Counted from the first letter of the stretch, positions 51,325 to 61,400 are shown. The stretch is DNA of 64,000 nucleotides from Bdellovibrionota bacterium (GCA_044238365.1 JBIIDM010000001.1:8769-72768), one strand, 5' to 3'. A program made the numbers and translations. Notes: generated by a model from the letters alone, not told the origin.

Positions 51325-51637
51325 AAAAGACTCCTATATCTAGATTAAATATATATATTCATAGTAGTAGTAGTAGTTAGGTGTGGTTTCTGTTGATAGA
51401 CTGCCTAACTAATTGAAACAGTAGAACTTCCCAGGCTCGGTTGTTGTGGTTTTTAGCTTGGCGTATTCCCGGGTTATGCCCACAAAAGCATTTTGTGGAC
51501 TATCTAGATATAGATAGTCCACAGGTAGTGCGTAGGTTTTCCACAGGAATTACCGGAAAAAACATAAAAAAATCAACAAGATGGCTCCGTTGATAACAAA
51601 ACCACCGCTTGCGACAATCTAAAATCAGAAACATTCT
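51325..51637. promoter_or_regulatory. Candidate oriC in the dnaA-dnaN intergenic region.
   Basis: DnaA-box-like 9-mers were read directly: TTTTCCACA at 51537-51545, and the inverted pair TGTGGACTA (51494-51502) / TAGTCCACA (51515-51523) around a TCTAGA core. An AT-rich stretch taaatatatatattcatagtagtagtagtag (51345-51376) could act as an unwinding element. Gene orientation and plus-strand G+T richness switch around this locus. Confidence 0.55.
51362..51376. repeat. (TAG)5 trinucleotide microsatellite within the candidate origin.
   Basis: tagtagtagtagtag was read directly. Confidence 0.9.
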
Positions 51638-53194
51638 CTAGCTGAAAAGTTTCCTTTCTATTTCGGAGACAAGTTCTCTCACAGAAGCCTCGTCGCTGAC
51701 CTTGTTTGCGACGACACTCGCGGCGTGGATTACGCTGGAGTGGTCTCGTCCGCCAAATTTTTCGCCAATCTCGGGGTAGGAAGCTGTTGTATGTTTCCTG
51801 CAGAGGTACATGGCTACATGTCGAGGAAACGAGAGATTTTTTGTCCGTCGTTTAGATATTATTTCTGACACTTTGATTGAGAAGTGTTGTGCTACCGCCT
51901 TCTTGATGTCCTCTATGTTGACTGATATTTTTTTCGGTTCTAGTAGGGGTTTGAGGGCCACTTGGGCCATTTGCAGCGTAATTGGAACCTTCTGCAGGCT
52001 GCTAACGGCATGCAATCTGGTTAGTGCTCCCTCTAATTCCCTAACGTTTGAGGAGATATTCTCGGCTATAAGGTATGCAACGTCCTCGGGAAGGTGAAAG
52101 TTCTCAAGGAGAGCTTTGCGTTTAAGAATTGCAGCTCTAGTCTCAAAATCTGGCGCTTGCAGATCCGCCGTTAAGCCCCAGGCAAAGCGGGTCTGAAGCC
52201 GCTCTTCAATTCCATCAATTTCGGAAGGAATTTTGTCAGAAGTCATTACGATCTGACGCTTGCAACTATAAAGGGCGTTAAACGTGTGGAAGAACTCTTC
52301 CTGGGTTCTTTCCTTTCCGCTTATGAACTGAATGTCGTCAATAAGGAGTATCTCAATGCTTCGTAGCCTTGTCTTGAATTCCTCCATTTTTGCGTTCCGA
52401 AGCGCCTGAATGAGCTCATTCGTAAAGGCCTCAGAAGAAATATAAAGCACTTTCGAGTTGGGGTTTCGGCTGAGAGCGGCATTTCCAATCGAGTGTAGAA
52501 GGTGTGTTTTGCCAAGCCCTACGCCGCCGTAGATAAATAGAGGGTTGTAGCTTTCACCTGGTTGTTCAGCGACTCTACAGGCAGCGGCGTTACAGAATTG
52601 ATTGTTGCTTCCAACTACAAAGCTTTGAAAGGTGTATTTGGGGTTTAGGTTGTTGAAAGTGTGGTGATCGTTTGGCGTACTGGTAGATTCGACGGGCTCG
52701 GCGGTGGGACTGGCGTGGCGTCGTTTTATAACGGTTCGAGATGATCCATCAAGTTGGCTTGCTAGTAGCGATTCATTTGGTGCCTTTGGTTCCTGAACAA
52801 CGTACGTGAGAATCAAGTTGGGAACGTTAAGCAATTCCTTAAGAAGCGTTTCTATTCGCCGGGAGTAGTTTCGCTCTATAAGTTGGCACTGAAGTTTTGT
52901 CGGCGCAGAGATTGTTAGGGCTGTTTCGTCAAATTCCCTTACGTCACCTTCTGTAAGTTCAACGATTAGCGGTTCGAAGTATGCGGAAAAGGCATGTTGA
53001 CCTACTTCGGTCTTAATCACCTCCAACATGTCATTCCATGCGTTTACTACTAATCCTTCGTGAATGGGTTCTCGGACAAAAGGTACGCCGTTTTGAAGTT
53101 GGTTGTAGGTGGTGTTCTCTCTAGTTGTGTTTTTGGTTGTGTCACTAGTAGTTGACTGGGTTGTTGATAAAAATAAATCTGGCGCAATATTCAT
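51638..53194 (-). CDS. dnaA: Chromosomal replication initiator DnaA.
   Basis: The AAA+ Walker A is GGVGLGKTHLLHSIG. The C-terminal DNA-binding domain carries GGRDHSSVIHA. The N-terminus has a T/N-rich low-complexity ~50-aa extension before domain I. Confidence 0.95.
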   Translation of the reverse strand: MNIAPDLFLSTTQSTTSDTTKNTTRENTTYNQLQNGVPFVREPIHEGLVVNAWNDMLEVIKTEVGQHAFSAYFEPLIVELTEGDVREFDETALTISAPTKLQCQLIERNYSRRIETLLKELLNVPNLILTYVVQEPKAPNESLLASQLDGSSRTVIKRRHASPTAEPVESTSTPNDHHTFNNLNPKYTFQSFVVGSNNQFCNAAACRVAEQPGESYNPLFIYGGVGLGKTHLLHSIGNAALSRNPNSKVLYISSEAFTNELIQALRNAKMEEFKTRLRSIEILLIDDIQFISGKERTQEEFFHTFNALYSCKRQIVMTSDKIPSEIDGIEERLQTRFAWGLTADLQAPDFETRAAILKRKALLENFHLPEDVAYLIAENISSNVRELEGALTRLHAVSSLQKVPITLQMAQVALKPLLEPKKISVNIEDIKKAVAQHFSIKVSEIISKRRTKNLSFPRHVAMYLCRKHTTASYPEIGEKFGGRDHSSVIHAASVVANKVSDEASVRELVSEIERKLFS

Positions 53195-53614
53195 CTAGAA
53201 ACCAAAAAAAGACGAAAAAGAGAGCATCGGTTCAGTTAGATAGGACTAGTGGAGAGTAGCGAAACCTTAGCAATTTACAACAGTAATATCTAGATAAAAT
53301 CTAGACTAGCGGCTTTAATCTAGTAATATTATAAGGTTGGTTGGTTATTTTTTTTTCTTAGTAAAAGTTAGATAAACTAGATAACGTTTTTCGTTGGCCT
53401 GGAGTGGCTGTGGCAGGGGCGGGGCTTGGGCTTTGATGGGCATTTTAGATGGGGGTGAAATCTAATCGGAGGCTGTGCGGGTTTTGTTCAAGAGGAGCGA
53501 CTCCCGCGTGTGGGTTGATATTAGATATGGCCAAACGCGAATGCGTGGGCCAGCTATTAGGAGTCCCTTCGTGTGTTCTAATTTCAAGGGTCTAGCCCGC
53601 TCCCGTGAGTCTTT

Positions 53615-54322
53615 CTACTGGCTTGTTACTTCAAAGATAGAGTGGTCGCTTAGTAGGTATTTGCGTTCAAATGGGCTTAGATAGTCGGTTCGGGGGGTGA
53701 GCGGTGTAAGTTTGTGGGGTAGGTTGTGGGTGGCAAGAGCAACCGAAAACTCAAGCGCGTAGATTCTCCAGTTGGTTCTTAGGGTGATCGACTCGCTGAT
53801 ATGCAGTAGAGTTGGAAAGATGGGGTGAGCATGCCATCTTCGTTTTATATGTTTCTTTTTGGGCCAGGGGTTTGGGTACAATATATAGGTGTCGCATCTA
53901 AGGTTGTGTTCAGCTAGACTACTCCAGACGTCCTCACATCTCTGTTGGGTAATCAGAAGATTAACCGGAAGAGACGGTTTTTGTTTGGATAATCTATGAG
54001 CTGATTTATCAAAACCCACGATAAATTTGTCGGGATAGGCTTTAGCTAGAGCGACTGAGCTCTCACCGGTACCGCAACCCGAATCTAAGATAATAGGTAT
54101 TCGCAGCCGACGCACCTCATCTAAGCAGCTGTTTAGATGGACAAGTTCCGCGCTCTTTTTGATTTGTTTTAAGTATTTGAATTCACTATATTTATTTACC
54201 AAATTTTCCAAATCAGGGTGTACTGAAACTTGATTTGACGTTACCGGGTTGCTGTTACCAAGAGCAGGGGCGTCTTGACGGGCTGTCCGTGTTGTTGCAG
54301 GACTATTTTCGGGTGTGTTCAT
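53615..54322 (-). CDS. trmB: tRNA (guanine46-N7)-methyltransferase.
   Basis: The SAM motif is ILDSGCGTGESSVALA. The TrmB motif is YILYPNPWPKKKHIKRRW. Confidence 0.8.
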   Translation of the reverse strand: MNTPENSPATTRTARQDAPALGNSNPVTSNQVSVHPDLENLVNKYSEFKYLKQIKKSAELVHLNSCLDEVRRLRIPIILDSGCGTGESSVALAKAYPDKFIVGFDKSAHRLSKQKPSLPVNLLITQQRCEDVWSSLAEHNLRCDTYILYPNPWPKKKHIKRRWHAHPIFPTLLHISESITLRTNWRIYALEFSVALATHNLPHKLTPLTPRTDYLSPFERKYLLSDHSIFEVTSQ

Positions 54323-55150
54323 GAGAGTTGTGAATTGTGGTGTGTTGATGCTGAGCTGAATAGGGCAGAGAGTATAACGATAGTTTTATGTGAGTCAAAA
54401 TTCCAAAATACCCCAATAGTGATGTGTTGGTGTGTTATAAAGAGCATGGTTGTTTTTATTTCATGCTTTCGTTTATGGATTTGTCATGATGTTGCTGTCA
54501 GTCAAATCGTGAGTATGTGCGTTGGTAATCGTGAGAAACCGTTTGTGGAAGAAAGCTTCAGTCTAACAGTCTTAATTTGCGGTGTTTTATTCGCCATTGG
54601 TTCAGTGTTAGTGGTGTATGTTATAGACTGTTTTGCGGTGCCCTTGTCAATCGGTCCTAGGTCGGTCGGAAGGTTTTTTGTTGATCTTAGGATTTCGTAT
54701 AATCTAAAGCGATGCACCGAGCGTATGGGTCATGTTCATCCCGGCAGTAAGGTAGATTGGGGAGCTCTTGTGTTTGTTCAGAAGTCGGTAGTTGGATCTG
54801 AGATAGAAATTAGATGTCGGGATCACAATTTGGCCGTAATTGAATTGATGTTAACGTACTACGCGGGTGATTTGGAGTCCCTTAAGCTGGTCGATTCATT
54901 AGGCGAGCTGCTGAGCGAACGGCGATCAACATTATCCTTACTTGGCGAAATCGTTCGTTCTCACGGGGCAATACTTGGAAGAGTGAGATCAAAGGGCAAG
55001 TCCGCGCCTGGTTGGGTAAAGTCGGGGTTTGGCAAGCGAGAAGAGGAGCTGCGCAATGATTTAAGCAGCAATGCTCTTGAGATTAATAGAATTACTTCAA
55101 AACTTCGGGAGCGAATTTCCGGGCCACGTTCACAGGAGGTGATTCAGTAA
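54275..55150 (+). CDS. Hypothetical membrane-anchored coiled-coil protein (start uncertain).
   Basis: The long open frame crosses a GT-rich segment, and its 5' part overlaps trmB. The likely start is an internal Met at ~54428-54520. A TM segment LTVLICGVLFAIGSVLVVYVI and a charged helical C-terminus are present. No motif identified. Confidence 0.3.
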   Translation: MTGCPCCCRTIFGCVHESCELWCVDAELNRAESITIVLCESKFQNTPIVMCWCVIKSMVVFISCFRLWICHDVAVSQIVSMCVGNREKPFVEESFSLTVLICGVLFAIGSVLVVYVIDCFAVPLSIGPRSVGRFFVDLRISYNLKRCTERMGHVHPGSKVDWGALVFVQKSVVGSEIEIRCRDHNLAVIELMLTYYAGDLESLKLVDSLGELLSERRSTLSLLGEIVRSHGAILGRVRSKGKSAPGWVKSGFGKREEELRNDLSSNALEINRITSKLRERISGPRSQEVIQ

Positions 55151-55180
55151 TTACAATTTATTCCCGTATCTTTAATTCAG

Positions 55181-55891
55181 ATGATTCTTTTTGAGAATGC
55201 CCATATACTCTGTCTAAATAAACCGAGATTCGTGCATTCAACGGGTCGGGGTTTCGATACGTTACGGGACACTATTTTCGGGTTGTGCCCAGAGGCGCTG
55301 TTTTCGTCGCCTCATCCAGCGGATTCGGGATTAGTGAACAGGCTTGACTTTGAGACTTCTGGAGTTGTTGTCGTCGCAAAATATCCTGAAAGCTGGATGG
55401 ATTGGCACAAGGCTTTTATTGGTGGTGAGGTTCGAAAAGAATACATTGCTCTGGTGGAAGGGGTTCCAGCGGGACCCAAGAGTATATCCAATTTTATTGG
55501 ATCAAGATATCGTGGTTCCTCAAAGGTGACGATATCTGAAAGTCCCAAGGCTCGATATTTAGCTGCTGAATCAAATTTGGCACTCCTCCACGTGGGTGAT
55601 AACAGCCTGGTTTCTCTGGTGCGAGTTTCTACCTCTACAGGTAGACGCCACCAAGTGAGGGCTCATTGTGCGCACCTAGGGCATCCCCTAGTAGGAGATT
55701 TCCTTTATGGTGCCAATCGCGATCTTTTGAGGGATTTAGGGGTGAAAGCGGATCAGCTTGCTTGCGATAATGCGGGGTTTTTTCTGCATGCTTCGAGGGT
55801 AGTTCGAGGAAAGATTGTTATTGAGGCGCCTTTGGTTGATCAGTTCAAGGATGTGGTAATGGTGCTATTTGCCAGAGGTTGGATGATGTAA
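55181..55891 (+). CDS. RluA-family pseudouridine synthase.
   Basis: The catalytic motif region is GLVNRLDFETSGVVVVAK (HRLDxxTSG-type). Confidence 0.75.
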   Translation: MILFENAHILCLNKPRFVHSTGRGFDTLRDTIFGLCPEALFSSPHPADSGLVNRLDFETSGVVVVAKYPESWMDWHKAFIGGEVRKEYIALVEGVPAGPKSISNFIGSRYRGSSKVTISESPKARYLAAESNLALLHVGDNSLVSLVRVSTSTGRRHQVRAHCAHLGHPLVGDFLYGANRDLLRDLGVKADQLACDNAGFFLHASRVVRGKIVIEAPLVDQFKDVVMVLFARGWMM

Positions 55892-55970
55892 GAAAGTTGG
55901 TAGTTTGTGGATATAAAAGTACTTACGCTACACCTGGTGTAAGATTTCAATCTTTTTTAAGAGAATAAAT

Positions 55971-56936
55971 ATGGAAACCAAGCATTACAAAGTAGTCATA
56001 ATTGGCTCAGGGCCGGCTGGCCTAACGGCTGCCATATATACTGCTAGGGCTAATTTAAGCCCTATCCTTATTCATGGTCCCTTGGCAGGAGGGCAATTAA
56101 CAACTACCACAGATGTGGAGAACTATCCGGGGTTTCCTGAGGGCATTATGGGCCCAGAGCTCATGGAACGCATGGAAGAGCAGGCTAAAAAATTTGGTAC
56201 TGTGATCCTGGAGCAAGTAGTGAGTAGTCTGGACGTAAAGGATCGCCCGTTCAAAGTAACGCTTGAAGGTGGAGATAGTATAACAGCCGATTCGGTAATT
56301 CTGGCGACTGGAGCAAATCCACGCTATCTGGGAATTGCTGGTGAACGGGAGCTATTAGGGTATGGGGTTAGTACGTGTGCAACGTGCGATGGAGCCTTCT
56401 TTCGGAATAAAGTTATTACTGTAATAGGCGGTGGAGATTCAGCCTGTGAAGAAGCTAATTTTTTAAGTAAATTTGGAAGCAAAGTTTTTCTGATTCACCG
56501 CCGTGATCAATTGCGAGCCTCAAAGATAATGCAGGATCGTGTATTCAAGAATCCCAAGGTGGAAGTTCTATGGGATAAGGTCCCCACTCAGGTACTTGGT
56601 GATAAGTCGAATGGCGTAACGGGACTAGAGCTTAAGGATACTCGCACCGGAGAAGTATCCGAGATAGCTGCTGATGCTATGTTTGTCGCAATCGGTCATG
56701 TACCGAATTCTGGTTTGGTAAAAGGGGTCGTTGATCTTGACGATAATGGCTATATTAAACCGGCACGGGCGCACTCAACGGCTACTAGCGTTCCGGGTTT
56801 ATTTGCGTGTGGTGATGTTCAGGATCACGAATATAGGCAGGCGATTACTGCTGCAGGGAGTGGTTGTATGGCGGCCTTGGAGGCGGAGCGGTTTTTGGAG
56901 GCGGGGGGGAGTAGGGGGGCGGTTATTGGCAGTTAA
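55971..56936 (+). CDS. trxB: Thioredoxin-disulfide reductase.
   Basis: FAD site VVIIGSGPAGLTAAIY and the redox-active CATCDGAFF are both present. An NADPH GG motif VIGGGDSACEEA is also found. Confidence 0.9.
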   Translation: METKHYKVVIIGSGPAGLTAAIYTARANLSPILIHGPLAGGQLTTTTDVENYPGFPEGIMGPELMERMEEQAKKFGTVILEQVVSSLDVKDRPFKVTLEGGDSITADSVILATGANPRYLGIAGERELLGYGVSTCATCDGAFFRNKVITVIGGGDSACEEANFLSKFGSKVFLIHRRDQLRASKIMQDRVFKNPKVEVLWDKVPTQVLGDKSNGVTGLELKDTRTGEVSEIAADAMFVAIGHVPNSGLVKGVVDLDDNGYIKPARAHSTATSVPGLFACGDVQDHEYRQAITAAGSGCMAALEAERFLEAGGSRGAVIGS

Positions 56937-56938
56937 GC

Positions 56939-56962
56939 ACGGCCTTAAGGGCCGTGGTTTAA
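56939..56962 (+). terminator. Probable intrinsic terminator after trxB.
   Basis: The sequence cacggcc-ttaag-ggccgtg forms a 7-bp GC stem. It is followed by gtttaatt and lies 2 nt after the trxB stop. Confidence 0.45.
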
Positions 56963-57327
56963 TTGGTGAAGGTGGGATTCTTGCCGGTGTTTTAGTTTCC
57001 AATGCTTTTCGCCAGTATTTTTGACGGTGCTGCTGGACCATATTCCACTAAGGTGATGTCTTTGGGGCGACGACTTTGTCGGCGTTTAATTCTTGAACGT
57101 CGGCGGGGGTAAGGTTGATGCCAAGAATCCCCTTAAGTTCAAGTAAAGCAATTTTGACTTCGTCATCAGAGAATCTACGATTTGAATGCATGCGAAGGAG
57201 GGGCTTAGCATCATTATAAGAGATAGCCCAATTTGTGAGACCAATAAAGGTATTCTGCGGAGCAAAAGTTAAATCTCCGCAGAAAAAATAAATACAGACT
57301 CAGAGCAGTACGCGCTGCCGCTTAGCC

Positions 57328-57636
57328 CTACTTAAGTAGCGCTACAACGAACCCGAAAATTACAAGTGTTTCAATAAACACCAGGCCGACGATCAAATAC
57401 GTTACCATTCCACCAATGGCACCAGGGTTTCGTCCGGCAGAATCCATAAATGAGGACAATGCCTTACCTTGAGCCAAGGCACCACCTAGTGCAGCTAGAC
57501 CAAATGCAATACCGGAGGCAAGCGAGCCAGAAGAACCTTCGGTTCCCTCGGCGAGAGCTAAGGCAGGAAGTAACGCTATTAACAGGACAATAACTAGTTT
57601 TCTGAACATGCTTTGTTTCCTTGATAGAACTGACAT
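57328..57636 (-). CDS. atpE: F0F1 ATP synthase subunit c with an N-terminal signal-like extension.
   Basis: The C-terminal hairpin is GLAALGGALAQGKAL ... RNPG ... LIVGLVFIETLVIFGFVVALL with the conserved carboxylate (E) in TM2. An N-terminal ~30-aa hydrophobic extension is present (MFRKLVIVLLIALLPALALA). Confidence 0.65.
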   Translation of the reverse strand: MSVLSRKQSMFRKLVIVLLIALLPALALAEGTEGSSGSLASGIAFGLAALGGALAQGKALSSFMDSAGRNPGAIGGMVTYLIVGLVFIETLVIFGFVVALLK

Positions 57637-57692
57637 TTTAAGACTCTTTCGAGGGCAGAAGAGACCACAAGACCTACTAAAAGTAAAGAGTT

Positions 57693-58460
57693 CTAGTGAT
57701 CTTCTTCATGAGCCGTCGCAAGAAGGACGTAGATCATTGTAAGCATTGAAAAAACGAACGCTTGCATTAGACTTACAAATAGAGCGAGCACAAATAGTGG
57801 ACTGGCTAATCCGATTGAAAACGGTCCAAGCAGATTATGAATCGTTTCCATCAGGATATGGTCAGCTTTAATGTTCCAGTATAAGCGCAGATTAAGAGTA
57901 AATGGCCGCAGTAGTGTACTGAAGATCTCAGCGCAGAATATTATTGGTCCCACTAGGAAAAGCAATGCACCACTCACTGGACCAGCAAAGTGCCGCAGAT
58001 AGCCAGCAAGACCATTTTCCTTTATTCCGCAGGCATTAAAATAGATGAAAACTACCAACGCAATTCCCACGTTCAGCCAAATGCAATTAGTGATAGGAGG
58101 CACTCCTGGAATGATCCCAAGAAGGTTAGAGAAGAGCACAAAGAAAAAGATGGTCACAACGAACGAGATATGCTTTCGGTTCTTGGATCCAAGTACTGAG
58201 TCATAAATCTTAACGAAGGACTCAACCATTAGATCCGCTACACCGAGCAGGGATGCCTTCTCTTTAGGAACGGCAAATTCCTCAGGTGACATCCGATCAA
58301 GTTGCTCACCCAGCTTTTTTGCAATGCCAATTAGCGCGCCGCCGAGTACCAGCGCACAAACGAACATCTGAATATCCGGGTTAGGGATAAAGTTTAAATA
58401 AGTAAAGTGTTGAGACATTGTTTTGCTTATAAAAGGTTGGCACAACTCCGTGGCGATCAA
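57693..58460 (-). CDS. atpB: F0F1 ATP synthase subunit a.
   Basis: 255 aa and polytopic. The conserved Arg region LRLYWNIKADHIL matches a-subunit LRLFGNMxAGH. Confidence 0.75.
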   Translation of the reverse strand: MIATELCQPFISKTMSQHFTYLNFIPNPDIQMFVCALVLGGALIGIAKKLGEQLDRMSPEEFAVPKEKASLLGVADLMVESFVKIYDSVLGSKNRKHISFVVTIFFFVLFSNLLGIIPGVPPITNCIWLNVGIALVVFIYFNACGIKENGLAGYLRHFAGPVSGALLFLVGPIIFCAEIFSTLLRPFTLNLRLYWNIKADHILMETIHNLLGPFSIGLASPLFVLALFVSLMQAFVFSMLTMIYVLLATAHEEDH

Positions 58461-58496
58461 TACACTACTTTAATAACTCTTTCAACATAATCCGGG

Positions 58497-61400
58497 TTAG
58501 GCTGCGTCTTCGAGTTGAAGAGAGGGAACTTCTGAGATAATCGAAGATATCTTTTGTAAGTTTATTAGAACTCCGTCATCTGGTTTTATCGTTAAGCGTT
58601 CCGATATCAGGAGGTTAAGACGCTCCTGAAAGCCTTCCAGCTCCTGGAGTGTCGTATTTATTGAAGCTGCCATTCTAGTGCTTGTGGGTACGCTGTCTGC
58701 CAAATTCTGGATTTTTCGATATTGCGGTTTTAGATATTTATCCCTAAGTGTTTTTAAGACAAAAGGTGTAAACAAGTGTCCGTAAGTGAGAGCTTTAAAA
58801 GATTGCTTTGGTCCACTACACAACTCCCAGTAGATAGGCCGCTTTCCGTACGTCTTTGCGTGTTCCTTAAAAAAATCCTTGAAGAAATAGTTTCGTAAGA
58901 TATTTTCGGCATCCTCGACCTGCGATGTATAACCCGCGCTGAAGAGTCGTTGGGAAAGGTAGTTTAGATTTTTATTTAGGTTTTTTTTGCCATAAGTAAG
59001 GCCAAGGAACACCTTAAATAACTCATACAAATCTCGTGAGGAATCAGAATCAGCATCTTTCGAAAGTAGGACCAGAGAATCCTTCGGACTGCAAGGGTGA
59101 GCTCCAGGCGAATCCTGAATGCCAACCATGTCGAGCTTATATCTACCTAGAATAACCCCAACACCATAGGAGATTAGTCGCTTGACGCAGTCAACTTCTG
59201 ACCAGACCGGGTACGTCGAGGTGCTTCCTTCTGACTCAGACTCCTTTGGTTCAGGTAGTCCAAAGGCTTGTGTGAATATTAGATTGTTCTTGTTTTCGAT
59301 TGATTCAAGCTTCGTTCGTTGGGATTTTCGCATTTCCAGAAAGCTTCTGATGGAATCTTCCAGAGAGATGCTCTTTTCTTTCGGAATAAAGGGCAGCCTT
59401 AGGAATGTCCAGTTTTCTTCGTGGTGCGACATCTCCTCTTTCATTATCTCAACGGCCCGCTCGAAAAGGGGTTTCAGCTTTGGTTGCAATGGCTCTAGGC
59501 CTTTTGCTGGCACCGGTAGGGATGAGATATTTCCCGTCTGGAAATGAAGAGTAGGATTTATCGCTTTTATAAATTTTTCGGCTACCTTACTGCAAAGGTA
59601 GCAGCAGACCGCCTCGAAAACGTCATCCGATGGAAAGATCCCCGATCCGGAAATATCACTGATAAACCCGTAAGGGAGGTATCGTGCTCCAAAGTGACTC
59701 GAACTTACATCCGACCAGGTAACGCATCTTCTAAATTGAAATGCAGGATCACCCAGAGTTCCCTTTGAAGTCTTCCGTAGAGTATGCAAAAATTCAGATA
59801 TTTCTTGGCCGTCATTTTCAAAGTTGATTACATAATGGTGGTTGCCATACCATTGACGGTATTTTCCTCCTTTGTTGTAGGGGAACCATTTTTTACCCGA
59901 TAGGGCAGCTTCTTTTCGAGAAGTACACTCAAAGGCGATCGATTCTTGTGATACTTCAAACCACCGTCGTATAAAGCGCGCATTATTTGAGGTCTGTATC
60001 CCCACGCGTGTAGGATATTTATCACCCAAAAGCGAGTTTTCCCTAAAGGCATCAAAGGCCGCATCTTCGAGCCAGAATGATAGGGGCTTTTCCGGGAGCG
60101 CGTTAAAGTCTTTGTTCGAGCGGAAGTATAGCCAACCACATTCCGGATAGGTAATTGCTTCAATTACTTTGGGTGATTGTACGTCTCTTCCCTTAAAAGG
60201 TTCCAGATTGATGAACACCCCTTTAAAATCTTCAATTCGCTTTTTCTGTAGAGTGAAGGTGCAAATAGGGACGGTAGCGCCATCAAATGCTGAGTACTGA
60301 AGCTTTATAAGTGATGTTATTGTTGTGTTATTTAATACAAAGTCTCTAAGGTTGCGGTACGAAGTGATGAACATCCAAACAAATGGACTCATAAACCCAA
60401 TATGCCCATCATCCTTTGTAAGTTGCCAGTTTCTGATAATAAAAGCAGAGAACATATCTCGGCTGTAAGCCGCATAGTTCGCGTTTAGGTAGCTTCTTAA
60501 ATCATCGGGATAGTATTTCGAACTTAGGTAGGGTGGGTTTGCAAGGACGCAGTCGTATTGAGAGCACAATAGCAGGGCTCGAAGTACCAGTTGCATTAGA
60601 GCGAGAGCATGTTTTCGGGCCGAGGCGTCTTTGGTAGCTATTACGTGATTTAGGAAGTGCACAGCCGTTGTTAGCAATATTTGTTCATGTGCGGGTACAA
60701 TAGTAAGGGACCCCAGTGATGATGCATTTGAAAAATAAGCAGCAAACCGGATAAAGTCATCTTTGCTGATAGACTCAACTATCTGCCCGTTCTCAACACA
60801 GCTGGGGACTCCATAGCGGGTTTTGCCTTTAAATCGACTTACCGTTTCGCTATCTTTTGGGAGGATTTCAGTACAGGCTGCGTTGATCTGAGCTTTGTCG
60901 ACACTCTCTAGCGAGTAAATGTGAGGCACCGGAGTGTCAAAACCATTCAAAATCTTCGGATTGTCTATTCGGGCTCGCATTAGTAAGGCAAAGCTGGCCA
61001 TTTGGGCAGCTCGCTCATCGATATCAAGACCATAGAGGTTTGAATTTAAGATTTTACCCGCGATTTCGGATGGTGAATAGCCCATTTCAAGATACATATC
61101 TTTTAGTGTATCAAAGGCTTCTACAAGAATATGACCTGAACCGCAGGCTGGGTCAAGGATTGTAAGGTTTTCGGGGTTAAGGGGATCTAATTGAGATTTT
61201 GTCCCTTTGGAGCGCTTACTCGTTAGATTTTGCTCGGAAAATTCCGGCATAAGATATTCCCAACGGCTCTTAAGGACCGGTGACCGGTGTGAGCCTAGCC
61301 AGGTTTTTCCGAGGGTGTTCTGGACAAGATAGCGGACAATCCAGCGGGGAGTAAACAGCTGGGTGGCAGCCGGAATATCGCCGGGTTCGAGTTTTTTTCC

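Noticed and set aside
57254-57290. Hairpin ttctgcggag-N12-ctccgcagaa after atpE, as a terminator.
   Set aside because: On the atpE (minus) transcript the U-tract precedes rather than follows the stem. On the plus strand it is followed by an A-tract. The orientation is ambiguous, so it is not listed as a feature.
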